Shown: positions 45,067 to 58,104 of the stretch, in pieces | Layout of the letters: every line of letters begins with the position of its first letter | How positions within the stretch are numbered: position 1 is the first letter of the stretch | Source of the DNA: Octopus vulgaris | Lineage: Eukaryota | Reading direction: 5' to 3' | Assembly (NCBI GenBank): GCA_951406725.2 | Contig: OX597833.1 | Location: forward strand, 2,604,001-2,668,000 | DNA length: 64,000 bases | The notes under the pieces: generated by a model | The model's input: only the letters and a program-made list of their open reading frames with translations | Told to the model about the DNA's origin: nothing | Database searches by the model: none | Position numbers and translations under genes: made by a program

Positions 45067-46050
45067 AACCAAATCTCCCTTAGTGTCTTTCTCGACCTCA
45101 CTATTCCCGCGGAGACCTCTACGAGAGATTAGTCTGCTAGAAATAGCAACCAAATCTCCCTTAGTGTCTTTCTCGACCTCACTTTTCCCGTGGAGACCTC
45201 AACGAGAGATTAGTCTGCTAGAAACAGCAACCAAATCTCCCTTAGTGTCTATCTCGACCTCACTTTTCCCGCGGAGACCTCTACGAGAGATTAGTCTGCT
45301 AGAAACAGCAACCAAATCTCCCTCAGTGTCTATCTCGACCTCACTATTCCCGTGGAGACCTCAACGAGAGATTAGTCTGCTAGAAACAGCAACCAAATCT
45401 CCCTTAGTGTCTTTCTCGACCTCACTATTCCCGTGGAGACCTCAACGAGAGATTAGTCTGCTAGAAACAGCAACCAAATCTCCCTTAGTGTCTTTCTCGA
45501 CCTCACTATTCCCGTGGAGACCTCTACGAGAGATTAGTCTGCTAGAAACAGCAACCAAATCTCCCTTAGTGTCTATCTCGACCTCACTTTTCCCGCGGAG
45601 ACCTCTACGAGGCATTTGTCTGCTAGAAATAGCAACCAAATCTCCCTTAGTGTCTTTCTCGACCTCACTTTTCCCGCGGAGACCTCTACGAGAGATTAGT
45701 CTGCTAGAAACAGCAACCAAATCTCCCTTAGTGTCTATCTCGACCTCACTATTCCTGCGGAGACCTCTACGAGAGATTAGTCTGCTAGAAACAGCAACCA
45801 AATCTCCCTTAGTGTCTATCTCGACCTGACTTTTCCCGCGGATACCTCTACGAGGCATTTGTCTGCTAGAAATAGCAACCAAATCTTCGTCGGTGAGTAT
45901 CTCGACATCTCTGTTGTCTCGGAGACCTCCACGTAGGAGCAAATCCCGCTAGAAATAGCAACCAAATCTTCCTCAGTGAGTATCCCGACCTCTTTATCAC
46001 CACCGATACCTCTTGGTGAGTATTTAAGCGGTTAAAAATTGCAACCAAAT
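45067..46050. repeat. 81-bp minisatellite, about 10 conserved units plus degenerate ends
   Basis: Unit caaccaaatctcccttagtgtctttctcgacctcactattcccgcggagacctctacgagagattagtctgctagaaatag; 27-aa periodicity in the ORF track. Confidence 0.92.
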
Positions 46051-46585
46051 CTCATCAGATTCCATTTTATTGTCCTTAAAAAGAGGATCGATTAGACTAT
46101 ATAGTCCATATAGATGGTCGCGGTCGGAACGGCTTTAACCAATATGTCGTCTGTTCGACATGCCATTAAGGAAATGGCAATCAGATTGACTGGAAACAAG
46201 AGCAGGTGTTAATATGCATTCCTCCCTTAATAGACGTCATCAGCACAGTTGTTATCCTGCCTGGTCTGTAATACAAGAAACGCTTAGACATATACGAAGA
46301 ATAGGTGTTGAATTCATTTATGGCTCTGACTAGTTTGTCTAATTTAAATGAAAATTAGCTCAGAAAAGCGCTGAGGGGAATCAGGGACAGGCGTCTAAAC
46401 AAAGAAGACGAATAATGATATGGGAAGTGACAAGCAACATCAATTGTTGATTTTAAAATCTATTTCCGCTTCCTGAGAAGACAATTAATCACCAGGTGGC
46501 AACAATGACAAACAGGCACATATATGACACTACGTATGTATGTATGTATGTATATGCATGTACGTATGGTTGTATGTATGTATGT

Positions 46586-47754
46586 ATGATTGATTGATTG
46601 ATTGATTGATTCTAGTTTTAGCTTATGAGCTGTGGCCATGCTGGGGCACCGCCATTTGGTGTTGCTACTTGGTTTCACTTCATGGAGGCTTTCTAGCAAC
46701 TGCTATTTGGTGCATGAGAGAGTTCGATGCAGCTGCCCTCATCTGCCCCTCCTGCCGTGAAGTTGGTTCATCTGGGACACCTGACAGGAAGAGATCAGCT
46801 TCATTTTAAAGACATCTGTATCCACCCCATGCAGGTCTCTCAGGTTCTTCGGGAGGATATTGAAGAGCTGTGGGCCTCGGAAGCCCAGGCTATCACAGTA
46901 TCTTGTCCTACATCTTGATGGCAGGTTTGGAGTCCTAGGCACCACGCAGTGGCGCCCAGTTCTGGCATTTGCGTAACTCTCGATGCCAAAGTTCAGGACA
47001 CTTCCTCCAGGATCTTCCAGATGTATATTATGGCATATCTTTCCCGCCTACGCTCCAGGGAATATAATTTTAATCTCTTGAGTCTTTCCCAGTAGCTTAC
47101 ATTCTGCATAGAGGCTATCTTCTTTGTGTAGCTTCGTTGGATCGCCTCAAGTTCTGTGATCAACTTGACACTGGATGGTGACCATAGCTGAGAGCAATAG
47201 TCAGAGTGGCTTAGGACAAGTGTCTTCCAGAGGACCATCATGGTTTCTTGTTCTCTTGTTCTAAAGGTTCTAAGAATCCATCCAGCCAGCCGTCTACATT
47301 TCATTGTCAGTTTAGCAACATGTACATGAAAGGTCGCGTCATCACTCATGTGAATACCCAGGTCACGCACTGATTGTGCCTCTGGGATTGCAATCCCTCC
47401 GGGTCCAGTGTATTCATTGGGTATTGCATTCAGTTTTGCATGCTGATAGTATAAAGCTTGAAACTTTCCAGCATTGAACTGCATGCTATTCTTTTCAGCC
47501 CACTTGTATATTTCGTCCAGCTCACATTGCAGGTGTTTAGTGTCCTCAGGGTTCTGTATTGCCTGTGAAACTTTTGTATCATCTGCATAACTTGTGATCG
47601 TGGCTCTCTGCGTGGCTGAGGGCATGTCTGAGAGGGCCATTATGAACAGTAGTGGTCCCAGAACAGTGCCCTGCGGAACACCGCTCACTATTTGTGTGTT
47701 AATGGAGGTGGCCCCATTGGCTACTACCACCTGACTTCTATCCTTCAGAAAGTC

Positions 47755-47756
<2 letters not shown>
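46586..47756 (-). mobile_element. CR1-clade LINE, 5'-truncated, RT C-terminal half plus 3' end and (AATC)n tail
   Basis: SGVPQGTVLGPLLF, YADDTK, VRDLG, YCSQLWSP, YWERLKRLKLYSLERRRERY; frameshift near 46993. Confidence 0.93.
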
Positions 47757-47795
<39 letters not shown>

Positions 47796-47876
47796 TAGAT
47801 AGATAGATAGATATCTACATACGTACATATACTTATATATATGCATATATATACATACAGATATATATACATATAT

Positions 47877-47907
<31 letters not shown>

Positions 47908-47981
47908 CATATATATATACGTTTATATATTTGTTGTGCAAGATTTTTTTATGTGAAGTCGTGTGTTGAAACAGATATTAT

Positions 47982-48459
47982 TATATTTCGGAATGATCAT
48001 ATTGCCAGTTTAGTCAATAAAAACACATGCACTATATATTTGGTGTTACTTTGCTTCAGTGTTATTTATTTGTAAACACATGAACAAAATAAGAATAAAC
48101 AAAAACAACAACAACAAAAACAAATTACATGAACGTATATAAACAGAAGATACAAATATTACAGGCATCCCCCCACACATACACAGTAAATAAACATAGA
48201 CGCACATAGAGATATAAGCATGCGCAAATGAAGACATACAATAGAAATACAAAATGGCTGACGGTTAGTAAAGAGAGACACAAATAAGAAAGAATAAAAC
48301 AAAGGACCACTGATACGGTCACAGGAGTGTGACGAAAGAACTCTGACCGAAATAAGATTAAGATTAATGTAAAAAATAAATAACACTGAAGCAAAACAAC
48401 ACCAAATATATAGTGCGTGTGTTTTTATTGGCTAAACTGGCAAATGATCATTCCGAAAT

Positions 48460-48462
<3 letters not shown>
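47982..48462. mobile_element. Element with ~85-bp inverted arms between (TA)n/(CA)n tracts
   Basis: tatttcggaatgatcat...gcttcagtgttattt versus aaataacactgaagc...atgatcattccgaaata. Confidence 0.7.
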
Positions 48463-48544
<82 letters not shown>

Positions 48545-48548
<4 letters not shown>

Positions 48549-48688
48549 TTATCTGTAAATGTAATATGAGACAATTATTCGGTAGCCATGATAAACCTCT
48601 GAATTTCGGATAGCGAGGTGGAAATCCACTCGGAGTTTTATCATGGCTACCGAATAATTATCACATATTACATTTACAGATAAATTCC
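48545..48688. repeat. Near-perfect ~55-bp-arm hairpin element in (TA)n
   Basis: aatttatctgtaaatgtaatatg...ggtagccatgataaa / tttatcatggctacc...catattacatttacagataaatt. Confidence 0.75.
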
Positions 48689-49031
48689 TCTATTTACATA
48701 ATATCGAAGTCTCTTTCTTTCTTTTGTTGTCTTACTGTTTTTATCAATATATATATATACACACAAATAATATGTGTGATATTATTTGTCAAGAGAGACA
48801 GAGAACGGCAGAAACAAGGAAAATGCCACTTATATTTGAACACTATACAAATATTCCTTTAAAAAAACTTTTCTTTTAATTTTTCTAAATTTAATTATTT
48901 AATCGTTACAGTTGAAAAGGTCTCAAATGACTGAAACCGGTACTGAAATGTTCTTTATAAAATTCTTTTAGCATTTTCTATCTTGACTGGTTTTTTCATA
49001 CATATCAACTCGTGTGTTCCTTTTCATCCTT

Positions 49032-49097
<66 letters not shown>

Positions 49098-49142
49098 AAT
49101 GAAAGAATGGAGTCGAACGACGATTTAACAAAAAGAATTTAT

Positions 49143-49223
49143 TCTCGACATATGTTTCGAAGACTGCATATTCTTAATTCCGAAGGAATAAAGGGTGCAT
49201 TATGCCGCCTTCTCATCAGGAAA
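49143..49223 (-). ncRNA. Type-I hammerhead ribozyme motif with long stem II, in a ~140-bp insert in (TA)n
   Basis: uuuc-CUGAUGA-gaaggcggcaua...uaugcagucuuc-GAAA-cauaug-UC-gaga; canonical core, GUC triplet, palindromic stem III (ACAUAUGU). Confidence 0.75.
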
Positions 49224-49234
49224 GACAAGGAACT

Positions 49235-49289
<55 letters not shown>

Positions 49290-49292
<3 letters not shown>

Positions 49293-49622
49293 TGTACAAT
49301 AGGTGCAATGACGCATCATTTCATATGCTCGTTACCCAGATGGCAGTAAAGTGCAGACAACTGGCAGGATGGGTACTGAGGTCCTTCAAAACAAGAGACC
49401 CAAAAACTATGCTGATCCAGTGGAGAATCTTTGTTCTCAGCCGCCTGGATTACTGCTACCAGTTATGGTCACCACATAGTGCCAATCTAACAGCGGAGCC
49501 TGAAGCAGTCCAACGCCACTACACAAAAAAGATTGAAACAGTGCAACGGAGGAACAGGTTTAGGCTGGGAAAACTGCAACTTTACTCCCTGGAGCGAAGG
49601 CATGAGAGATATGCAATAATGT
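49290..49622 (+). pseudogene. CR1-clade LINE fragment
   Basis: KCRQLAGWVLRSFKTRD...LDYCYQLWSP...LYSLERRHERYAI, homologous to 46993-47350. Confidence 0.88.
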
Positions 49623-49788
49623 ACGCGCAGGAGTGGCTGTGTGGTAAGTAGCTTGTTTACCAACCACATGGTTCCGGGTTCAGTCCCACTGTGTGGCATC
49701 TTGGGCAAGTGTCTTCTGCTATAGCCCCGGGCCGACCAATGCCTTGTGAGTGGATTTGGTAGACGGAAACTAAAAGAAGCCTGTCGTA

Positions 49789-49837
<49 letters not shown>

Positions 49838-50030
49838 TTTATTTTAAGCAGCAGAAAATTCAACAAAATCTGTTACTCTGAGTTTCTCGTTGCCGTTCAT
49901 CAGACAGTTTTTGCTAGAATCATAACAATTTTGTTGAATTTTCTGCTGCTTAAAATAAAGCATATTACTCTACCACTGGTATTTGAGTACTCTTTTTCCA
50001 CCTTGTTTCACATTTATGTGTTTACTCCGG

Positions 50031-50071
<41 letters not shown>

Positions 50072-50300
50072 TGTGTGTGTGTTTGTGTGTCTGTGTTTGT
50101 CCCCCTAGCATTGCTTGACAACCGATGCTGGTGTGTTTACGTCCCCGTAACTTAGCGGTTCGGCAAAAGAGACCGATAGAATAAGTACTGGGCTTACAAA
50201 GAATAAGTCCCGGGGTCGAGTTGCTCGACTAAAGGCGGTGCTCCAGCATGGCCGCAGTCAAATGACTGAAACAAGTAAAAGAGTAAAAGAGTAAAAGAGT
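49623..50300 (+). mobile_element. SINE family A with a nested hammerhead-bearing hairpin element (49837-50032, minus strand)
   Basis: The SINE halves flank an insert in the SINE's internal (TA)n. Confidence 0.88.
49870..49908 (-). ncRNA. Type-I hammerhead ribozyme motif
   Basis: acugu-CUGAUGA-acg-gcaa-cga-GAAA-cuc-a-gag-UA-acag; canonical core, one stem-II mismatch. Confidence 0.68.
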
Positions 50301-50735
50301 ATATGGAAAACTTTCTTTGTCTTGGTCAATGCGAGGATCGCACGCTACACACCTACCGTCCAAGTGCTGCTATAAACAGTAGAAGTAACATAGAACAATA
50401 AAATTTAATGCGCATGCACAACAAAGTTCAAGGTCAATCTGTGCCAAGCGGCTCCACTCTCTGGGCTTTAGCTTCGTTACTATGTCAACAGTTCGGATAC
50501 TTATTGATGATATATGATAGATCGTTAGCTCCTACACGCATTTTTTCTCTCCTTTTATTCTCTCCTTTTTTCTCTCCTTGTTTCTCTCCTTGTTTTTTTT
50601 TCTGTGTATCTTTCTGTCGAAGATCGTAGGCTCGAACCGTAAAAGACTTTTTCTATTCCTGAGCGCTATACTAATACATTTGTTTGTTTGTACTCCACCT
50701 GCCATTCGTCTTTTGTTTATTTTCGTAAACTTTCC

Positions 50736-50783
<48 letters not shown>

Positions 50784-51262
50784 TGAGATAGCGTAGCAGC
50801 ATAGCAGACTCGTATACACCAATGAAACACGTGTAAAAACCGATTTAGTAATGAAATAATGCTATCAGATATCCAGTATTATTCTCAAGCAAACACATAC
50901 TTCACATACATAAATACTCTCAAACACACACACACTTACACACACACATACACACATACATACAAACATATAGAGGATCATATATAGATACATACTTTTC
51001 ACATGAATGTGGGGGCTGTCAGAGTGTTAGTAATTTAAAATGAGACAATATCGTTATTTTTTAACGATTCTCGTGACAATCTCTCATCATTTCTTCGGTA
51101 ATTTAATATATTTAGCGAGTTGCAAATTAGGATCCATACTTTGTGTTAATGGACATGATGTAAATAGTGACTGATTGGATGATTAACAGTGTGTTGATGG
51201 TATTGGGGTGAAGTGACTGCATATGTATATAGTCAGGCAGGCAGATAGAGACAGACAGACAA

Positions 51263-51325
<63 letters not shown>

Positions 51326-51483
51326 TGTTTCTTTATTAGCCACACAGGGCTGCACACAGACAGGACAGATTATAAAGTAGAGCTTTTCTTTTTGGGGAGA
51401 AGAAAAAAAGTGCGGTAGGTTTTCGATCAAAAGGGATCGTAAAAGGGAAAAATCAAAAAAAAGATAGAGATAGAGATAGATAA

Positions 51484-51584
<101 letters not shown>

Positions 51585-51779
51585 TAGATAGATAAAGGAA
51601 TGGGAAGTTTGTCTTACTGCAAGCGTGACTGAATTTAGAAATTTGCTTTGCAGTCATGTGGTTTCAGGTTCAATTCCATGAAGTAGCACCTTGTGTAAGA
51701 CTCGGACGGACCGATGTCTTTTGTAGGAATCTTTTTGATTGAAACTGTACGGAAGCCCGTCGTATGAACATAAACATAG

Positions 51780-51855
51780 GTGAGTGCGTGCGTGTGTGTA
51801 TGCGTGTGTGTGTGTGTGTGTGTGTCTGTGTGTATGCGTGTGTGTGTGTGTCTGT

Positions 51856-51925
<70 letters not shown>

Positions 51926-52570
51926 GCCCACGCACGTGCCTTTGTGTTTGGCTGCCTTCCACCTACTTCACAGTTGGTAGGGTAGGTGAGAGAGAGGCCA
52001 GACCTTTCTATTTTGAGTGTAGAACATCTTGGATATTTGGACCCTGATTTGGGACCGGTTTGATCGCTAAACGGTTATGGTTCTGTGGCGATGAAGGAGT
52101 TGTGATGTGTAGAGACTTATCCATTCGGGGGTGGGGTCCGATCAAGGATCGCTTTTGGATCACATAGACTTATCGGCTATGATCGGGATGAAAAATAACC
52201 TGAGACAGCAGATATCAGTCAAGATGAGCGACTGCGTCTTGACATGAAGAAACTCTCCCTGTATTCATTATTACTCCAGGAAACGTGTTTGTGTGTGTGT
52301 GTGTGTATGTGTGTGTTATGTGTGTGTGTGTATGTGTGTATGTGTGTGTATGTGTTTGTATGTGTGTGTATGTGTGCATGTATGTGTGTATGTGTGCATG
52401 TATGTGTGTGTATGTGTGTGTGTATGTGTGTGTGTATGTGTGTGTATGTATGTGTGTGCGTGTGTGTGTGCATGTCTGTGTGTGTATGTGTGTGTATGTG
52501 TGTGTATGTGTGTACGTGTGTATGTGTGTGTATGTGTGCGTATGTGTGTTTGTGTGTGTCTATGTAGGCG

Positions 52571-52601
<31 letters not shown>

Positions 52602-52754
52602 ACTAGCCCGCACATGTGTGTGTGTGCCTATGTATGTGTGTGTGAGCACTTTTGTATTTTTCTGCGCACGTGTGTGTGTGTATGTGTGCGTGTGTCTGTG
52701 TGCGTTTGTATATGTGTCAGTGCATGAATGTGTTTGTGTGTGTCTATGTAGGCG

Positions 52755-52792
<38 letters not shown>

Positions 52793-53145
52793 AGCCCGCA
52801 CATGTGTGTGTGCGCCTACGTATGTGTGTGTGCGCACTTTTGTATTTTTGTGCACACGTGTGTGTGTGTGTGTGTGTCTTTCTGTTCTTGTGATACGTTT
52901 ATTTATGTATGCGTGTCTCTACATATACGCACGCATCCCCGTCTGTGTGTAAGCGTTTGTTGTCACATGTGTGTTTATATGTGTGTGCACGTGTCCGTGT
53001 TTGTGTGTGTATAGGCGTGTGTCTGTATATTTAGCTAGCAATGTAAATAAACACAGCTAGGATTCACACACACACATACATACATACACACATACATACA
53101 CACACACACACACACATACATACACACACACACACATACACACAC

Positions 53146-53234
<89 letters not shown>

Positions 53235-53286
53235 CACACACACATACATACACACATACATACACACACACATACATACATACACA

Positions 53287-53340
<54 letters not shown>

Positions 53341-53746
53341 TACACACACACATACACACACACATACATACACACACACACATACACACACACATACATA
53401 CACACACACATACACACACACATACATACATACACACACATACATACATACATACATACACACACACATACATACACACACATACACACATACATACACA
53501 CACATACACACACACATACACACACACACATACATACATACACACACATACACACACACATACATACACACATACATACATACACACACACACACATACA
53601 CACACACACATACACACACACATACACACACACACATATATGGAATACAATATATAAGTATGTAAGTATCTACGTGTGCACGCGTGTCTGTGTTCGTGTT
53701 TGCGCGTGTGTGTGCGTGTGTATTTGTGTGTGTGTATATGTGTGTG

Positions 53747-53777
<31 letters not shown>

Positions 53778-54251
53778 AAACGTGTCTTTGTGCGTGCGTG
53801 TGCGTATGCAGAGGCGAGCTCCACTATCTGCTCGTGTCACCACCATCCCGCGTGACACCGCTTCGCTTTCAGATATAATTGCGATACGCGTGTCAGCGTA
53901 TACGTGTTTCTGTCAGCCTATAGGCAACGTGTCACCGTCCGCGTGTGCCCGCGTGTAATTGTTCACGTGATTGTCCGGTATGTGTACGTACGTCGCTTTG
54001 TCATGTGTGAGCGTACCCTTTGTGTGTGTGTGTGTGTGTGTGCGTGTGCGCTTATCATTAAACACTTGTTTGAGGCACCGACGGTTCGCGTGTCACCAGA
54101 CCATTCCAAGCTTTAATTATAATGTAACTAATCATTATATTACTACTCTCAGACATTTCCAGAACGTTTTCATTTAGTTTTGTTTTCTGTCATGTCTACT
54201 GATTTACTGTTTTAGACAAATGATGGTCCAATGTGTGTGTGTGTGTCTCTA

Positions 54252-54289
<38 letters not shown>

Positions 54290-54900
54290 TATTTGTGTGT
54301 GTGAATAGGACTGTATATGCGTATGTGTAAAAGCACGTTTGTGCGTGAGATGTTTGTGATTTTCGCGAGTGTGAAAGATTTATGAATATACCTGTGTGTG
54401 TGTATATATATGTGCGTGTGTGTGTGTGTGTGTGTCTGTGTGTATGTCTGTGTGTGTGTGTGTGTCTGAGTGTGAACATGTGTATGTGGAAATACATGCT
54501 TGTGAGTATATGTGCGCGTGTGTATGTGTATGTGTGTGTGAATGTGAGTGTGTGAACATGTGTATGCGGAAATACATGCTTGTGAATATATGTGCGCGTG
54601 TGTATGTGTGTGTGTGTGGTGTGTACGGGATATATGTGGGGAAAGAACAGGGTTGTATGTGTGTGTGTGTGTGTGTGTGCATTAGCATGCGTGTATGAAT
54701 GTTTGTCAGTGTGTATGTCAGTGTGTGTGTGTCACTGTGTTTGTCAGTGTGCATGTGGATGTGTACGTGTGTGTTTGTGTATGAATGTGTGTTTTAGTGT
54801 GACGGGTGTGTATTCGTATGTGCATGCGTATGTGCTCGTGTGTGTGTGTGTGTTATTGTGTGTACGTAAACGTACATCTGTGTATGTGCATGTGTGCATG
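51780..54900. repeat. (TG)n/(CA)n/(TACA)n microsatellite-rich block
   Basis: Direct reading; short unique islands are interspersed. Confidence 0.9.
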
Positions 54901-55145
54901 CGTGAATCCGTGTTCTTCATGTGTGAGACGTTCGTGGATGCTGTGTACGAAAGTGCTCGATGTCCGGACTGAACTTGACGATGCTCATTTTTATGTCTCC
55001 TGTCAGGAACAGCTTGACGTAACGGTGAGCAGCCAACGGCGTTGGAGAGCATCAAGATAAAAACTATATACATATGCAGTCACTCCACCCCAACACCATC
55101 AACTGTTGCGAAAATGTTTGCTGATATGGAGTTCTGGAAACCATT

Positions 55146-55621
55146 TACTCTTTTACTCTTTTACTTGTTTCAGTCATTTGACTGCGGACATGCTGGAGCA
55201 ACGCCTTGAGTCGAGGAAATCGACCCAAGGACTTACTCTTTGTAAGCCTAGTACTTATTCTGTCGCTCTCTTTTGACGAACCGCTAAGTTACGGGAACGA
55301 AAACACAGCAGCATCGGTTGTCAAGTGATGTTCGGCGGGGGTACAAACAGACACACAAAGACGCACACATATATACATATACATATACACGACAGGCTTC
55401 TTTCAGTTTCCGTCTACCAAATCCACGTAAACACACCAGCATCGGTTGTCAAGCGATGTAAGGGGGGGGACAAACACAGACACACAAAGACGCACATATA
55501 TATATACATATACATATACACGACTGGCTTCTTTCAGTTTCCATCTACCACACAATGGGATTGAACCCGGAACCATGTGGTTGGTAAGCAAGCTACTTAC
55601 CACACAGCCACTCCGGCGCCT
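55146..55621 (-). mobile_element. SINE family A with internal duplication/rearrangement
   Basis: The segment aaacacaccagcatcggttgtcaag...ttctttcagtttcc occurs twice. Confidence 0.85.
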
Positions 55622-55644
55622 ATTTGAATTTTTTTTTTAAATCA

Positions 55645-56155
55645 GTTACGTGTATCGTGATGATTCGCGCTGGGTATCAAAATGCCGACCTCATTACTGC
55701 TACTCGGTGCCCCGTGAACACGGAAGGATGTAGGACACGAGATGGACGGCTGCAACGGAGACTACGAAACCGTGAGCAGCGGGAAGGAACGCAGCGGGCA
55801 GTCGAACGGCGTCCACGCATTCGAATTCATCTCTACAACATTGAACGGGCCTTGGGCTCAATTCAGATGGCTATGTGAAGCTGCTGGAGGTTGCGGTCAA
55901 TGCCCGACTGGAGAGGGATTGCTGCTGGAAGGCCATATGTGTGCAGTAGGATTCGGCTCGTTGTTATAATGTCGGAAAGAATCAGAAGCGGTTGTCGGAG
56001 AATTTCTACGACTTTATCAGTCCCCTTGTATCAGGCCTCCTTCTCCTGATTATTGCGAGTGGGGCTCGGTTGGGAAAGGTACCAACGATGCCGCCTACAT
56101 TACCAAGGCCGAGCTGGTGGCCAGGATCAAGAGGCTGTTCGAAGATCTTCGCATG
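55645..56155 (+). pseudogene. Tc1/mariner superfamily (maT/DD37D-like) transposase remnant
   Basis: Across frames: LGLNSDGYVKLL, AAGRPYV...DSA, LSENFYDFISP, PPSPD, KAELVARIKRLFEDL; internally deleted. Family assignment is by recall. Confidence 0.7.
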
Positions 56156-56234
56156 TTTGTGCATGAATATACTTATGATTACATGTGTGTGTGTGTGCAT
56201 CAATTTCTTAATTTTTGTATCCGTATATTATATA

Positions 56235-56860
56235 CGGGGTCGATAAATTAAGGACCAGTTACGCACTGGGGTCGATATAATCGACTTAATTCGTTTGTCT
56301 GACTTGTTTGTCCTCCCTGTGTTTAGCCCCTTGTGGGTAGTAAAGAAATAGGTATTTCGTCTGCCGCTGCGTTCTGAGTTCAGATTCCGCCGAGGTCAAC
56401 TTTACCTTTCATCCTTCCGGGGTCGATAAATTAAGTACCAGTGACGCACTGGGGTCGATCTAATCGACTTAATCCGTTTGTCTGTCCTTGTTTGTCCCCT
56501 CTGTGTTTAGCCCCTTGTGGGCAGTAAAGAAATAAGAATCAGTGGAGCATCGGAAAAAGAATGCTTTACAGAATTTACTCCTGCTCTTCACGTTGCAAGT
56601 TCAAATCCAGGCTCGATAAAGTAAGTCTTGATTAAGTACAAGGGTCAATGGAATCTATTGACCACTCCCCTTAAAACTGCAGGCCTTGAGCAAAAATTAG
56701 AGATAGTAATTGTTATTAATTTTGCAAAAGAAGGCACCGAGCTGGCAGAATCGTTGTCACGGCGGGCAAAATGCTAAGCGGCGTTCTGAGTTCAATTACC
56801 GCCGAGGTCGACTTTACCTTTCATCCTTTCGGGGTCGATGAAATTAGTACCATTTGAAAA
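56235..56860 (+). mobile_element. SINE family C fragments in tandem
   Basis: Repeated ggggtcgataaattaagtaccagt..cgcactggggtcgat core. Confidence 0.8.
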
Positions 56861-57097
56861 CTCATAGGGCCGGTTATCTGGCTCCCATGGCGTTTTAGTA
56901 ACCAAAATCGCGACATTCGCCGTGAATCAGACGCCAACCCCTCGGAGGGTTATTAATTTAGAGATGGGCAGATGGAGCGACATGAAATAAAGTGTTTTGT
57001 TTAAGAACACAGCGCATCGCCCGGTCCGGGATTCGAAAGCAAGATCTTGCGATCGTGAGTGCAACGCCCTCATCAATAGAAGAAGAAGAAGAAGAAG

Positions 57098-57128
<31 letters not shown>

Positions 57129-57656
57129 GAGAAGAAGAAGAAGTGAGAAGAAGAAGAAGAAGAAGAAGAAGAAGAAGAAGAAGAAGAAGAAGAATACCGA
57201 TCATGTGTTTAGTGTCTTGCGACTCCAATTTTTTTTAGTGTAGAATCAACCCCATCAATGGTTTTCTTTGATGTCCGTTCAGTCTTGGGTTGTCTCTGCA
57301 CAACTTTACAGACGTCAAGGAAAATATATAAAAGAAAAAAAACAAAGATAATGCATGTAATTACCATAAAGCAGTTTTTCTCATGAAAAGCAAGAATTGT
57401 GGATTGTGACGAACGGAAGAGAAAAGGGCGGGAAAATTACCAGGTTTGATAAACGAAAAAAATAAGATGTCTTCCAACTTTTATAACTTGTCCTAAATAA
57501 TGGTGAAAAAAGAATTATGCAGAGACAATGTCTAAACTCTTGTTTTGTCTTCTCGTTAATAAATAATAGGAAGGTAACGAAGTGGCACACGCGATAGAAC
57601 GTCCAAATATTTCTTTCGATCTACTATGTTCAGAGTTCTAATTGCGCCAAGATCGC

Positions 57657-58046
57657 GGGAGTGGCTGTGTGGTAAGTAGCTTGCTAACCAACCACATGGT
57701 TCCGGGTTCAGTTCCACTGCGTGGCATCTTGGGCAAGTGTCTTCTGCTATAGCTCCGGGCCGACCAATGCCTTGTGAGTGGATTTGGTAGACGGAAACTG
57801 AAAAGAAGCCTGTCGTATATATGTATATATATGTATGTATGCGTGTGTGTTTGTGTGTCTGTGTTTGTCCCCCTAGCATTGCTTGACAACCGATGCTGGT
57901 GTGTTTACGTCCCCGTTACTTAGCGGTTCGGCAAAAAGAGACCGATAGAATAAGTACTGGGCTTACAAAGAATAAGTCCCGGGGTCGATTTGCTCGACTA
58001 AAGGCGGTGCTCCAGCAAGGCCGCAGTCAAATGACTGAAACAAGTA
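57657..58046 (+). mobile_element. SINE family A
   Basis: Colinear with 12185-12598. Confidence 0.9.
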
Positions 58047-58104
58047 AAAGATAAAAGATAAAAAGATACCTTTTACACTTAGATATTCTATGCCTAATAT
58101 AACT

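Noticed and set aside
55006-55023. Plus-strand 18-nt microexon candidate (cag|GAACAGCTTGACGTAACG|gtgagc)
   Set aside because: Splice signals are good but there are no supportable partner exons on that strand.
55624-55878. GC-rich ORF after an AG, resembling a host exon
   Set aside because: Frames combine into a decayed Tc1/mariner-type transposase.
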